A stretch of DNA of 22,189 bases, taken from assembly GCA_030633595.1 (NCBI GenBank), contig DAOVSE010000012.1:1-22189 (forward strand). The letters are read 5' to 3'. The position numbers and the translations under genes were made by a program. The number at the start of each line of letters is the position of its first letter. Position 1 is the stretch's first letter. Positions 8,044-16,607 of the stretch are shown piece by piece. This DNA is from Candidatus Altiarchaeota archaeon. Its GTDB lineage: Archaea; Altiarchaeota; Altiarchaeia; IMC4; QMZM01. Under the pieces are notes generated by a model. That model searched no databases. It saw nothing but the letters and a program-made list of their open reading frames with translations, and was not told where the DNA came from.

Positions 8044-9138
8044 TCAGACTAATTTTCTCGGGATAAACCCAGAGATTAATGAATGATCTGCCAGTACCAA
8101 AGAGATCATAGCCTCAACCACCGGAACGGCTCGTGGAACGATACAGGGATCGTGCCTCCCTTTGATTTCCATAGTTGTTTTCTCCATCTTTTCCAGATCA
8201 ACGGAACTCTGTTCTTTTCCTATAGAGGATGTCGGCTTTACTGCAATTCTGAGAACGATGGGCATCCCATTAGATATCCCACCGAGAATCCCGCCACAGT
8301 TGTTTGTTTTCGTTTGGATTTTTCCGTTCTTTATAACAAAAGGATCATTTGCCTCGGAGCCCTTCAGTTTAGCCATTTCAAATCCCTTACCAATTTCCAT
8401 ACCCCTTACAGATGGAATTGACATCAGAGCCCCTGCCAGACCCGCGTCCAGTTTGTCAAATACGGGCTCCCCGAGTCCGGGAGGAACACCCAAAGCTACA
8501 GCTTCAATTACGCCACCGACAGAATCATTCTCGTTCTTTACGGACAGGATTGCACGCTCCATCTCTTCCCCTTTCTTTGGGTCTATGGTCTTTACGGGAC
8601 TTGAATCAATGATCTTTTTAGATTTCTCGATATCATCGATTTCAATCTTACCTATGTTTATCCCGGCTATCTCCTTCGAATATGCGATGACCTCGATCCC
8701 GAATTTCTTGAGCAATTTCTTTGCAACTGCGCCGGCGGCAACCCTGGCTGCTGTTTCCCTTCCCGATGCCCTTCCACCACCCCTCCAGTCGATCCAGCCG
8801 AATTTTTCCCTCCATGTGAGGTCCCCGTGACCGGGTCTCGGAACGTTTCTCAGAACTTCATATTTGCTTGAATCTACGTCCTCATTTCTTACCAACATAG
8901 AGATCGGTGTTCCCAGTGTTTTTCCCTCAAAGATTCCAGACAGAATTTCTACCTGATCGGGCTCTTTCCTCTCCGTTGCTATGGAGGTTTTTCCAGGTTT
9001 CCTTCTGTCCAATTCAAGTTGAATTTCTTTTCTGGTTAATTCTAAACCGGAAGGACAGCCATCCACGATGCTGCCAATTCCGGGGCCGTGGGATTCCCCA
9101 TATGTCGTTACCCTGAAAATCCTGCCGAATGTATTCAT
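8044..9138 (-). CDS. aroC: Chorismate synthase
   Basis: N-terminus MNTFGRIFRVTTYGESHGPGIGSIVDGCPSGLEL is the canonical chorismate synthase signature. Length 364 aa fits. Confidence 0.95.
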   Translation of the reverse strand: MNTFGRIFRVTTYGESHGPGIGSIVDGCPSGLELTRKEIQLELDRRKPGKTSIATERKEPDQVEILSGIFEGKTLGTPISMLVRNEDVDSSKYEVLRNVPRPGHGDLTWREKFGWIDWRGGGRASGRETAARVAAGAVAKKLLKKFGIEVIAYSKEIAGINIGKIEIDDIEKSKKIIDSSPVKTIDPKKGEEMERAILSVKNENDSVGGVIEAVALGVPPGLGEPVFDKLDAGLAGALMSIPSVRGMEIGKGFEMAKLKGSEANDPFVIKNGKIQTKTNNCGGILGGISNGMPIVLRIAVKPTSSIGKEQSSVDLEKMEKTTMEIKGRHDPCIVPRAVPVVEAMISLVLADHSLISGFIPRKLV

Positions 9139-9174
9139 TCTCTGTTAAATATTTGATTCCAATATATTAATGAG

Positions 9175-10044
9175 ATGATTTCTGAAAAGATTATTACTGA
9201 AGCAATAGTTGAACTTCTCAGGAGGGCCGAAACAGACTTACCGGAAGATGTGGAATCTGCACTCAAAAAGGCATACAGAGAGGAGAAAAGCAAGCTCGGA
9301 AAAATACAGCTAAGGGAGATCCTTGAAAATGTGAAATTCGCGAGAGAGAATTCCATACCAATATGCCAGGACACAGGAATCATAAATTTTTACGTTGGAC
9401 TCGGTAGCAGGGTTAAAATTGATTATGCGCTTATCGAAAATGCATTGATAAATGCCACAAAGCTCGCAACCGAAGAAATCCCCCTGAGACCCAATGCTGT
9501 AAACCCGTTAACGAGAGAGAATTCCGGCAATAACACCGGGATTGGAATCCCAAACGTGGAATTGGAGATCTTAAAGGGGGGGGATTACATAGAAATCACG
9601 GCCTTTCCAAAGGGTGCCGGCTCCGAGAACATGTGCAGATTGAAGATGTTAAAACCGTCGGATGGAATAAAGGATATAAGGAGATTTGCCCTGAAATCCG
9701 TTGCTGAAGCCAAGGGTAATCCGTGTCCTCCGGGGGTTGTCGGCATGGGGATAGGTGGCTCCTCGGATTTAGCGACAAGGCTGGCAAAAAGGGCCCTGAT
9801 GAGAAAAATTGGGGAAAGGAATAAGGATAAGGAGGTAGCAAACCTGGAACAAGAACTGGAAAACTCCATTAATAAGTTGGGAATCGGTCCCATGGGCCTC
9901 GGTGGAAAGACGACCTGCCTGGGTGTTAATATAGAGATTGCATATTGTCATACCGGAAGTCTTCCAGTAGCTATAAATATCGGATGCTGGACCAATAGGG
10001 GGGCAACCGTGAGGATTCGTGATAATGGAGTTGAATTTCCTTAG
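9175..10044 (+). CDS. fumA: Class I (Fe-S) fumarate hydratase / tartrate dehydratase, alpha (N-terminal catalytic) subunit
   Basis: CQDTGIINFYVGLG motif and overall match to the Fe-S hydro-lyase tartrate/fumarate alpha-type family. 289 aa, typical of split archaeal fumarases. Confidence 0.85.
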   Translation: MISEKIITEAIVELLRRAETDLPEDVESALKKAYREEKSKLGKIQLREILENVKFARENSIPICQDTGIINFYVGLGSRVKIDYALIENALINATKLATEEIPLRPNAVNPLTRENSGNNTGIGIPNVELEILKGGDYIEITAFPKGAGSENMCRLKMLKPSDGIKDIRRFALKSVAEAKGNPCPPGVVGMGIGGSSDLATRLAKRALMRKIGERNKDKEVANLEQELENSINKLGIGPMGLGGKTTCLGVNIEIAYCHTGSLPVAINIGCWTNRGATVRIRDNGVEFP

Positions 10045-10412
10045 CTGTGAATTCGTTTATCAACATTTTTGGTAACTATTATATCCACCCCAGTACCGAG
10101 AATATCCTTGACTATTATATCGCCAATTTTTACCGGGGCTTCGATCTCTATGTCTGCGATCTCATCCATTAACGCAAAGATTTTCTCTTTGGGTATTGGT
10201 TTGGATGTCTTTACACTTACAAGAGGTAGTAAACCATTCTTCAAATTTACCGAGGATGTTAAACCCCTCTCCGGGGAGAACAACTCCTTTTTGACATAAT
10301 CCAGACCCTTTTCGCAGAGATTTCCAGATATTTTTTCAATTTCCTCCTCCGAATACTTAACCTCGATTTCACAGCCATTGGGGCATATGATACATACGAA
10401 TTTCTTTTTCAT
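10041..10412 (-). CDS. DUF1667-family small Cys-motif protein (third subunit of a GlpA-like / NOX-like oxidoreductase module)
   Basis: N-terminal CIICPNGCEIEV (CxxCPxGC) motif typical of DUF1667. ATGA start/stop overlap with the upstream oxidoreductase gene. Confidence 0.75.
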   Translation of the reverse strand: MKKKFVCIICPNGCEIEVKYSEEEIEKISGNLCEKGLDYVKKELFSPERGLTSSVNLKNGLLPLVSVKTSKPIPKEKIFALMDEIADIEIEAPVKIGDIIVKDILGTGVDIIVTKNVDKRIHS

Positions 10413-11647
10413 TCCAGCTCTACCCTCAACTCCTTTACATCTTCCAGATATTCCTTCTTTAGATTAAATTGGATCATCTCCGACGGATTTACCCTCATCT
10501 TTGGAATCTTTGTAAGAATCTTCTCTCCATCTTTTACAACTATTTTCCTATTCCTGTCCGGACACATGACCCTTAGAGAAAATTTGACATCATTCTTTCC
10601 ACTTATTAGATGAGGCAAAACATACCTTATACCGTTTCCAGCAGTTACTTTTATATTACTTTCATTCCGTAGTTCCCCTTTTACAAAAGCGGCGGCAGAC
10701 TTTCCAGCTAACTCTGCCTCCAAGGTTACATAGTCGACTAAATCGTGAACATGTAAAACGTTGCCACATGCAAAAATACCTTTTATATTTGTCTCTAGAT
10801 TTTCAGTTACTCTGGAGCCATTGGTTATAGGATCCAGAGAAATTCCGGCCATTTTCGACAGCTCGTTCTCCGGGATGAGTCCCACCGACAGTAGAAGAGT
10901 GTCGCACTTGATTTTTTTCTCAGTACCCTTTACAGGTCTCCATCTCTCATCCACCTTTGCTATTATAACCCCTTCCACCCGTTTTCTTCCCACAACATTT
11001 ACTACCGTATGTTTCAGATATAAAGGAATGTCATAATCCTCAAGGCATTGCACAACATTCCGAGGAAGACCACTGCTGTAAGGCAGAATCTCGACTACTG
11101 CTAAAACCTCTGCACCCTCTAATTTAAATCTTCGCGCCATTATCAGGCCTATGTCTCCTGATCCAAGGACAACAACCCTTTTTCCAACCATGTAATTCTT
11201 TAAATTAATGAAATTTTGAGCGCAACCGGCGGTATAAACTCCTGAAGGTCTCGTTCCGGGAATACATATATTCCCCCTGGTTCTTTCTCTACACCCCATG
11301 GCAAGAACTACGGCTTTCGCCTTTACCTTTATCAGATCCTCTGGACTGCAGACTATTATCTCTTTTTTCTTGTTAATGTCAAGAACCATGCTATTTAACA
11401 TATAGGGGATCTTCAGCTGTTCAACCTTGTCAATAAAGCGTTGCATATACTCCGGTCCGGTTAAGGTCTCTTCAAAAATTTCGATTCCGAAACCCTCGTG
11501 AATGCATTGATTTAAAATTCCTCCCAGATTCTCGTTCCTCTCAATTAACAAGATATTATCAATCCCCTCTTTCCTTGCAGAGATTGCCGCGGATAAGCCC
11601 GTTGGACCCCCTCCGATTATTGCTATGTCTACTTCCTTCTTAATCAT
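10409..11647 (-). CDS. FAD/NAD(P)-binding pyridine nucleotide-disulfide-type oxidoreductase (NOX-like subunit)
   Basis: N-terminal dinucleotide-binding motif IAIIGGGPTGLSAAISA and a second Rossmann motif VVVLGSGDIGLIMA. Overlaps the upstream GlpA-like gene by 8 nt. Confidence 0.8.
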   Translation of the reverse strand: MIKKEVDIAIIGGGPTGLSAAISARKEGIDNILLIERNENLGGILNQCIHEGFGIEIFEETLTGPEYMQRFIDKVEQLKIPYMLNSMVLDINKKKEIIVCSPEDLIKVKAKAVVLAMGCRERTRGNICIPGTRPSGVYTAGCAQNFINLKNYMVGKRVVVLGSGDIGLIMARRFKLEGAEVLAVVEILPYSSGLPRNVVQCLEDYDIPLYLKHTVVNVVGRKRVEGVIIAKVDERWRPVKGTEKKIKCDTLLLSVGLIPENELSKMAGISLDPITNGSRVTENLETNIKGIFACGNVLHVHDLVDYVTLEAELAGKSAAAFVKGELRNESNIKVTAGNGIRYVLPHLISGKNDVKFSLRVMCPDRNRKIVVKDGEKILTKIPKMRVNPSEMIQFNLKKEYLEDVKELRVELE

Positions 11648-13106
11648 TTTTTCTTAAATCCTTCGTTCTTCCGATGAAGAGCCTTGAATTATTTCCTTTT
11701 AAAGTTAGATCGTCAATAGAAGGGTGATGGAGCTCTTCCATTATCTCCACTATCTTAGGCGTACAGAATCCTCCCTGGCATCTACCGCAAGTGGCTTTAC
11801 ACCTTTTCCTCACACTGTAGATATTTCTTGACCCCAAAGGATTTCTCAATGCATCTATTATCTCCTGTCTGGTGACGGTTTCGCATCTACAAACTATGTG
11901 GCCATAATTGGGGTTTTTCTTTATCAATTCCGATTTCTCTTGATTCGATAATTTACTAAAACGAACCGGAGCTTTTCTCTTTGGGTTGAATTTCCGGTTA
12001 TTTTTTAATTTCTTTTTCTTTTTTATTATCTCTACTACTTTTTCCGCAATTGCGGGAGCAGAAGTCAGTCCCGGGGATTCTATACCTATGAGATTGATAA
12101 AGCTATCAATGGATTCCTCTATAACAAAATCTCTTGGCTCCTTAGCAGTAGGTTTGATCAACTTTGGTCTTACTCCCGCAAAACTACGGATAAAATCTTT
12201 CTTGGAGATCTTTGGTAATAGCTCTTTAGCCTCTGCGTACAGTTTTTCCATTACCTGTTCTGTATTTGCGGTATCGTCCACTTCTTCGATGTATTCAGCA
12301 GATGGACCTATGAATATATTATCATCTGTTGTTGGTGTTAAATGAACCCCTAAGCCTCCCAATTCCTTGGGAGGGACGGGATAGACCATTCCACGAATTA
12401 TATCCCTCTTATTTTTATCCAGAATGTGATATTCCCCACGACAGGGATATATCTTATACTTATCAATTCCAACCATCTCGGCGATTTTGTCGGAGAATAA
12501 ACCAGCGCTATTAACTACAAACTCTGATCTGAATTCCCCCTTGTTTGTTTTTACTAGAAAGGAGGAATTCTCTTTGATGCTTAGAACCTCTGTATTGAGT
12601 AAAATTCTAACCCCGTTCTGTAGGGCATTCTCGGACAATGCAACGTTTAATATAAATGGATCCAGGATGGCGCTGGTGGATGAATATAAGGCTTTAATTC
12701 CCTCCACCTCAGGTTCTAATTTCTTAATCTCTTCTCTGTCTATTATCCTTAGCCCTTGGGTTCCATTCTTATCGCCATTGTTTTTAAGCTCATAAAGGTG
12801 TTCTATCTCCCGTTCATTCTTAGCCACGACTAATTTTCCTATCTCTTGATATGGAACATCTAACTCATGGCAAATTTTTGGCATCATTCTATGTCCAAGA
12901 ATGTTAGTCTCTGCCTTCAGAGAACCCGGCTTCATATAGAAACCAGCATGTACAACACCACTGTTTCTACCACTAATCCCCATTGCTACATCGGATTCCT
13001 TCTCAAGAAGGATCGTCTTTACTCTATACTTAGAAAGTTCTCTTGCAATAGCACAACCTACGACACCGCCACCAATTATTATGAAGTCAAACGAATTTCT
13101 TTTCAT
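11640..13106 (-). CDS. GlpA-like FAD-dependent glycerol-3-phosphate dehydrogenase with C-terminal BFD-like [2Fe-2S]-binding domain
   Basis: N-terminal FDFIIIGGGVVGCAIAREL FAD motif and DAO-type core. C-terminal HIVCRCETVTRQEIIDAL...CKATCGRCQGGFC is the BFD-like 2Fe-2S pattern. Confidence 0.8.
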   Translation of the reverse strand: MKRNSFDFIIIGGGVVGCAIARELSKYRVKTILLEKESDVAMGISGRNSGVVHAGFYMKPGSLKAETNILGHRMMPKICHELDVPYQEIGKLVVAKNEREIEHLYELKNNGDKNGTQGLRIIDREEIKKLEPEVEGIKALYSSTSAILDPFILNVALSENALQNGVRILLNTEVLSIKENSSFLVKTNKGEFRSEFVVNSAGLFSDKIAEMVGIDKYKIYPCRGEYHILDKNKRDIIRGMVYPVPPKELGGLGVHLTPTTDDNIFIGPSAEYIEEVDDTANTEQVMEKLYAEAKELLPKISKKDFIRSFAGVRPKLIKPTAKEPRDFVIEESIDSFINLIGIESPGLTSAPAIAEKVVEIIKKKKKLKNNRKFNPKRKAPVRFSKLSNQEKSELIKKNPNYGHIVCRCETVTRQEIIDALRNPLGSRNIYSVRKRCKATCGRCQGGFCTPKIVEIMEELHHPSIDDLTLKGNNSRLFIGRTKDLRKND

Positions 13107-13181
13107 CTTTCGATTGAAGTAATATATTAGGTATTAATTAAATATATTCAAGTAACTGTCACGCCCAGTTAACACATCAAG

Positions 13182-13772
13182 ATGCTCTTAACAACCCCCT
13201 TAACGGATGAAGATGTAGAGAAACTCAATATAGGTGAAATTATCTATCTGACCGGCATTATTTTTACCGCCAGGGACAAGGCTCATGAAAGAGCCCTGAG
13301 ACTGAAGAAATTTCCCGCTGATCTCAGAGGCGGAGTTGTATTTCATGCCGGTCCAATCGTGAAAAAGGAAAAAGGTAAATGGAAGATCATAGCGATAGGT
13401 CCCACCACGAGCTCAAGAATGAATTCCCTCGAGCCAGAATTTATAGATAGATTCAGGATTGGAGGAATAATTGGGAAGGGAGGGATGAATGAGGATGTTA
13501 TAAAATCGATGAGAAAGAACAAGGCAGTTTATTTGTCAATGACTGGAGGTTGTGCCTCCTCTACCTCTAGGATGATCAAAGAAATCAAAAAGGTTTATTG
13601 GCTGAATCTGGGAATTCCTGAAGCAGTATGGATTCTCGAGGTTGAAAAATTCGGTCCATTAATTGTTGCTATAGATACGGAAGGAAATAGCCTGTACGAG
13701 AACGTAAATAAAAGGGTTGACGAGAACCTAAAATCTCTACTGGATAATTACCGAGTTGGAAATCAGCCATAG
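13182..13772 (+). CDS. fumB: Class I (Fe-S) fumarate hydratase / tartrate dehydratase, beta (C-terminal) subunit
   Basis: GEIIYLTGIIFTARDKAHERAL...GGVVFHAGPIV...AIGPTTSSRMN...IGKGGM matches Fe-S hydro-lyase beta-type subunits. 196 aa. Confidence 0.85.
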   Translation: MLLTTPLTDEDVEKLNIGEIIYLTGIIFTARDKAHERALRLKKFPADLRGGVVFHAGPIVKKEKGKWKIIAIGPTTSSRMNSLEPEFIDRFRIGGIIGKGGMNEDVIKSMRKNKAVYLSMTGGCASSTSRMIKEIKKVYWLNLGIPEAVWILEVEKFGPLIVAIDTEGNSLYENVNKRVDENLKSLLDNYRVGNQP

Positions 13773-14939
13773 AAGGAAGCCAAAATACAGTAAGAGAAAG
13801 ATAATTCCCTCAGATCTGCGAACAACCCAGCCAATACGGATAAATATAACTCCAATGAATGAAACAAAAATCATGAAGGGGATTATATAGAATATATTAA
13901 GGCTCTGCAATTCTTGTGTCATTCCTAAACTTATTGGGGAAATCAAAGAGCAGATACCTATAATTAGAGTAATGTTTGCTATATTGCTCCCTATAAGATT
14001 GCCGATAACCATATTCCCAAATCCTTTTTTCACGGATTGTAATGAGATAGCAAGCTCCGGCAGGGATGTCCCTATGCTGACTATCGTCAAGCCAACGATA
14101 CTGGGCCCGATTTTAAGTATTTTTGCTATATCAACTGCGGATTCAACAAAGAACTTTGCACCGAGATAGATAGCAAGACCGCTGATTAATAAAATTCCAA
14201 GTTCATAGAGGATATTCATCCGCAGTTTCTCTTTGTAGTCCCTTATTCTGATTTTATAGGCAGCCCTTTTTTCGTCATCCGTAAGTCGGATCGGAAATGT
14301 TAAGATGCGCTTACCTAATTTTAGTAATCTTTTGGTCTGTTTTAAGTGCCTTTTCAACAGCGTGGAATAGATATTCAGATTAATTCCTTTCCTAACAAAG
14401 CGGGCATGGGCTTTTAGATCAACGACCTTATCCAATTCATACAGAAAGGTGGCATACTCCGTAATACTGTAGAATCTCAAAATACTCGGTCTAACTTTCA
14501 GAAGTATGGAGATATAAAAGAAAAAAAGGAATATTAGAATGATTCCCTCTATAGCATTGATAGTTCCGTCGTAGGCGACGTAGTAGAAAAGAAATGAGAT
14601 TCCAAGGAGGACATAACCGTCCCTGTAAAACATCTCCCTCTCCGTTATCAGCGGGGCAATTAAGGCAGAAAAACCCATAATCAGGGCTATGTTTGCTATA
14701 TTGCTTCCGAGAACATTGCCAAGAACGATCTCGGTCTGTCCAGACTGAGAGGCAACTATACCGGCAGCCAGCTCGGGAAGAGACGTTCCTATAGCAATCA
14801 GGGTCAGACCTATGATAAATTCAGAAACACCAAAGATCTTCGCAATTCTCGCTGCGGCTTCAACGAAGAAGTCCGAGCCCTTTCCGAGAAGGATTAAACC
14901 TGTGATAAATACAAGAGACACTGTAAAGAGATCCGACAT
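13737..14939 (-). CDS. CaCA-family Na+/Ca2+ (cation/Ca2+) exchanger
   Basis: Two internally homologous halves each with the alpha-repeat signature (GTSLPELAAGIVAS... and GTSLPELAISLQS...; GNVLGSNIANIALIMG / GNLIGSNIANITLIIG), separated by a basic cytoplasmic loop. 400 aa. Confidence 0.85.
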   Translation of the reverse strand: MSDLFTVSLVFITGLILLGKGSDFFVEAAARIAKIFGVSEFIIGLTLIAIGTSLPELAAGIVASQSGQTEIVLGNVLGSNIANIALIMGFSALIAPLITEREMFYRDGYVLLGISFLFYYVAYDGTINAIEGIILIFLFFFYISILLKVRPSILRFYSITEYATFLYELDKVVDLKAHARFVRKGINLNIYSTLLKRHLKQTKRLLKLGKRILTFPIRLTDDEKRAAYKIRIRDYKEKLRMNILYELGILLISGLAIYLGAKFFVESAVDIAKILKIGPSIVGLTIVSIGTSLPELAISLQSVKKGFGNMVIGNLIGSNIANITLIIGICSLISPISLGMTQELQSLNIFYIIPFMIFVSFIGVIFIRIGWVVRRSEGIIFLLLYFGFLLWLISNSVIIQ

Positions 14940-15118
14940 GTTAGATTATTTACAGAGAATAAATTAAAGCCTGAATTCCGGAGCATCCTTCATCTCGGCA
15001 TAACTGAAAACTGGGCCGTCTATGCAGACATATTTATTACCGATATTACAGTGGCCGCATTTCATCATTCTCTCCAAGCTATCACTCGGTTGTCAATGTT
15101 TCCCAGGATAGTACATAA

Positions 15119-16399
15119 CTATAAGCTATAAATCTTAATATTTGAGCCCAGTTTTTTCATCACATCTACAAAATCGGGGAAGGATATGTCTATGGACTCC
15201 GCATTGTCTATTGTTGTCTCACCCTTTGCCCTTAACCCTGCCACTGCCAGAGCCATTACTATTCTGTGATCACTCCACCCATGAAGCCTTGTTCCCTTCA
15301 AGAAATCTATGCCCTCTATTTCCAGTTCGTCCTTTCTCTCTTTAATCCTTGCACCCATTTTTCTTAGCTCCGCAGATATCGCCTTTAATCTGTCGGATTC
15401 CTTATAACGAAGATGCCCAACATTCTTTATTAAGGTTTTACCCCTTGCAACAGAGCCAAGAACCGCCACTATCGGAACCAGATCCGGCATATCCGACATG
15501 TCCAGCTCAATTCCTTTTAGCATTCCATTCCCCAAGATTCTTATTTCATTTCTGTTAATCTTTAAATCGACGCCCATTTTCTTTAAGATACTAATGATTT
15601 CTCTATCCCCTTGTTTTGATTCCATGAATAAGTTTTTTACGGTAACATCAGACTCAAGTAAAGATGCTGCAGCAAGTATAAAAGCGCCTGAAGAATAATC
15701 CCCTTCTATCCCATAATCTTTGGCTTTATATTCTTGATCTCCACGAATGTAAAATTTGTTCTCATACAATTTGGCCGTTGCGCCGAATTCTTCCATCACA
15801 TCCAGGGTTAGATCGATGTAGGGCCTCGACTTTGGCTCCGTCGTTATAAGAATCTGTGTGTCCTCGGCCATGCACGGTGCCGCGATCAATAACCCTGATA
15901 TAAACTGAGAGCTTACATCTCCGGCAATCTTGCACGGGCCCCCACTTGATGGACCTTCAACCATTACCGGTGGTTTTCCATTCATGGAGCTGGTTCTCGC
16001 ACCCAGTTCTTCCAAGGCGTTAAGTATGGACTGCATAGGTCTATTTCGAATTGACTCATCACCCGTCAGGGTAACCTTTCCGTGGCACAAACCTGCAACC
16101 GCCGTCATAATTCTGATAGTGGTTCCGGAATTTTCAACATCTATTGTTTTCTCAGGTAAGGTCGGACTTCCTTTAACACCGTCAACAATAATTGTATCAC
16201 CTCTAACCTCAATATCCGCACCGACAGCCCTGCAGGCATTTACACTCGCCATGGTATCCGCAGATATTAAGGCATTATTTATGATGGATTTTCCATCGGC
16301 GAGAGACGCGATAATTATGGCCCTATGAGTGTAGCTTTTGCTCGGTGGTGCGGTTACTGTGCCCTGTAATTTTTCAGAATGTTTAATTGTTATGTTCAT
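15119..16399 (-). CDS. aroA: 3-phosphoshikimate 1-carboxyvinyltransferase (EPSP synthase)
   Basis: N-terminus KLQGTVTAPPSKSYTHRAIIIASLADG matches the EPSP synthase signature. 426 aa. Confidence 0.95.
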   Translation of the reverse strand: MNITIKHSEKLQGTVTAPPSKSYTHRAIIIASLADGKSIINNALISADTMASVNACRAVGADIEVRGDTIIVDGVKGSPTLPEKTIDVENSGTTIRIMTAVAGLCHGKVTLTGDESIRNRPMQSILNALEELGARTSSMNGKPPVMVEGPSSGGPCKIAGDVSSQFISGLLIAAPCMAEDTQILITTEPKSRPYIDLTLDVMEEFGATAKLYENKFYIRGDQEYKAKDYGIEGDYSSGAFILAAASLLESDVTVKNLFMESKQGDREIISILKKMGVDLKINRNEIRILGNGMLKGIELDMSDMPDLVPIVAVLGSVARGKTLIKNVGHLRYKESDRLKAISAELRKMGARIKERKDELEIEGIDFLKGTRLHGWSDHRIVMALAVAGLRAKGETTIDNAESIDISFPDFVDVMKKLGSNIKIYSL

Positions 16400-16425
16400 C
16401 TTCTGTTGTTGATTGCAAATTAGCT

Positions 16426-16444
16426 GAATTTCCGAAGGAAATTC
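16426..16444. promoter_or_regulatory. Perfect 19-bp palindrome gaatttcc-gaa-ggaaattc 27-45 bp upstream of the aroA start codon; candidate operator or 5' hairpin
   Basis: 8-bp perfect inverted arms with a 3-nt spacer, read directly from the sequence. Located between the aroA ATG (16399) and the aroA-5' duplicate. Confidence 0.35.
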
Positions 16445-16490
16445 CTTTCTTTTTCGTCAACGTTTTTCCTTTATAAAGAAAAAGGTTGTG

Positions 16491-16556
16491 TGTGTAGCTT
16501 TTACTTGGTGGTGCTTTTACCGTTCCTTCCAAATTTCCCGTAGGTCGAATTTTCAG
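16491..16556 (-). repeat. Degenerate duplicate of the aroA 5' coding end (encodes GNLEGTVKAPPSKSYTHN versus aroA EKLQGTVTAPPSKSYTHR), about 100 bp upstream of the real aroA start
   Basis: About 75% nucleotide identity over about 50 nt to 16330-16380. Conserved PPSKSYTH codons retained in frame. Embedded in spurious ORF 16383..16724(-). Confidence 0.55.
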
Positions 16557-16573
16557 GATCGTTTTAAGGTAAA

Positions 16574-16583
16574 TATTTATATC
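16574..16583 (+). promoter_or_regulatory. Putative TATA box (atatttatat) for the PH/SHOCT gene
   Basis: About 28 nt upstream of the ATG at 16608, consistent with a leaderless transcript. Confidence 0.35.
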
Positions 16584-16607
16584 TATACTAAACAGTATAT
16601 TAATAAA

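Noticed and set aside
8083-9116. Plus-strand ORFs 8083..8421, 8162..8830, 8412..8612, 8907..9116
   Set aside because: They lie antisense inside the well-supported aroC gene. Pro/Ser/Phe-rich low-complexity translations with no motifs. Typical shadow ORFs.
10761-13130. Plus-strand ORFs 10761..11036, 11986..12345, 12329..12514, 12487..12795, 12867..13130 and 10069..10299
   Set aside because: Antisense to the GlpA-like / NOX-like / DUF1667 operon, whose minus-strand genes have strong motifs.
13151-13174. Imperfect inverted repeat taactg-N7-cagtta upstream of fumB
   Set aside because: Only 6-bp arms in AT-rich promoter DNA. Too weak to call a site without supporting copies.
15142-16328. Plus-strand ORFs 15142..15345, 15349..15558, 15498..15698, 15930..16328
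   Set aside because: Antisense to aroA. Pro/Leu/Ser-rich.
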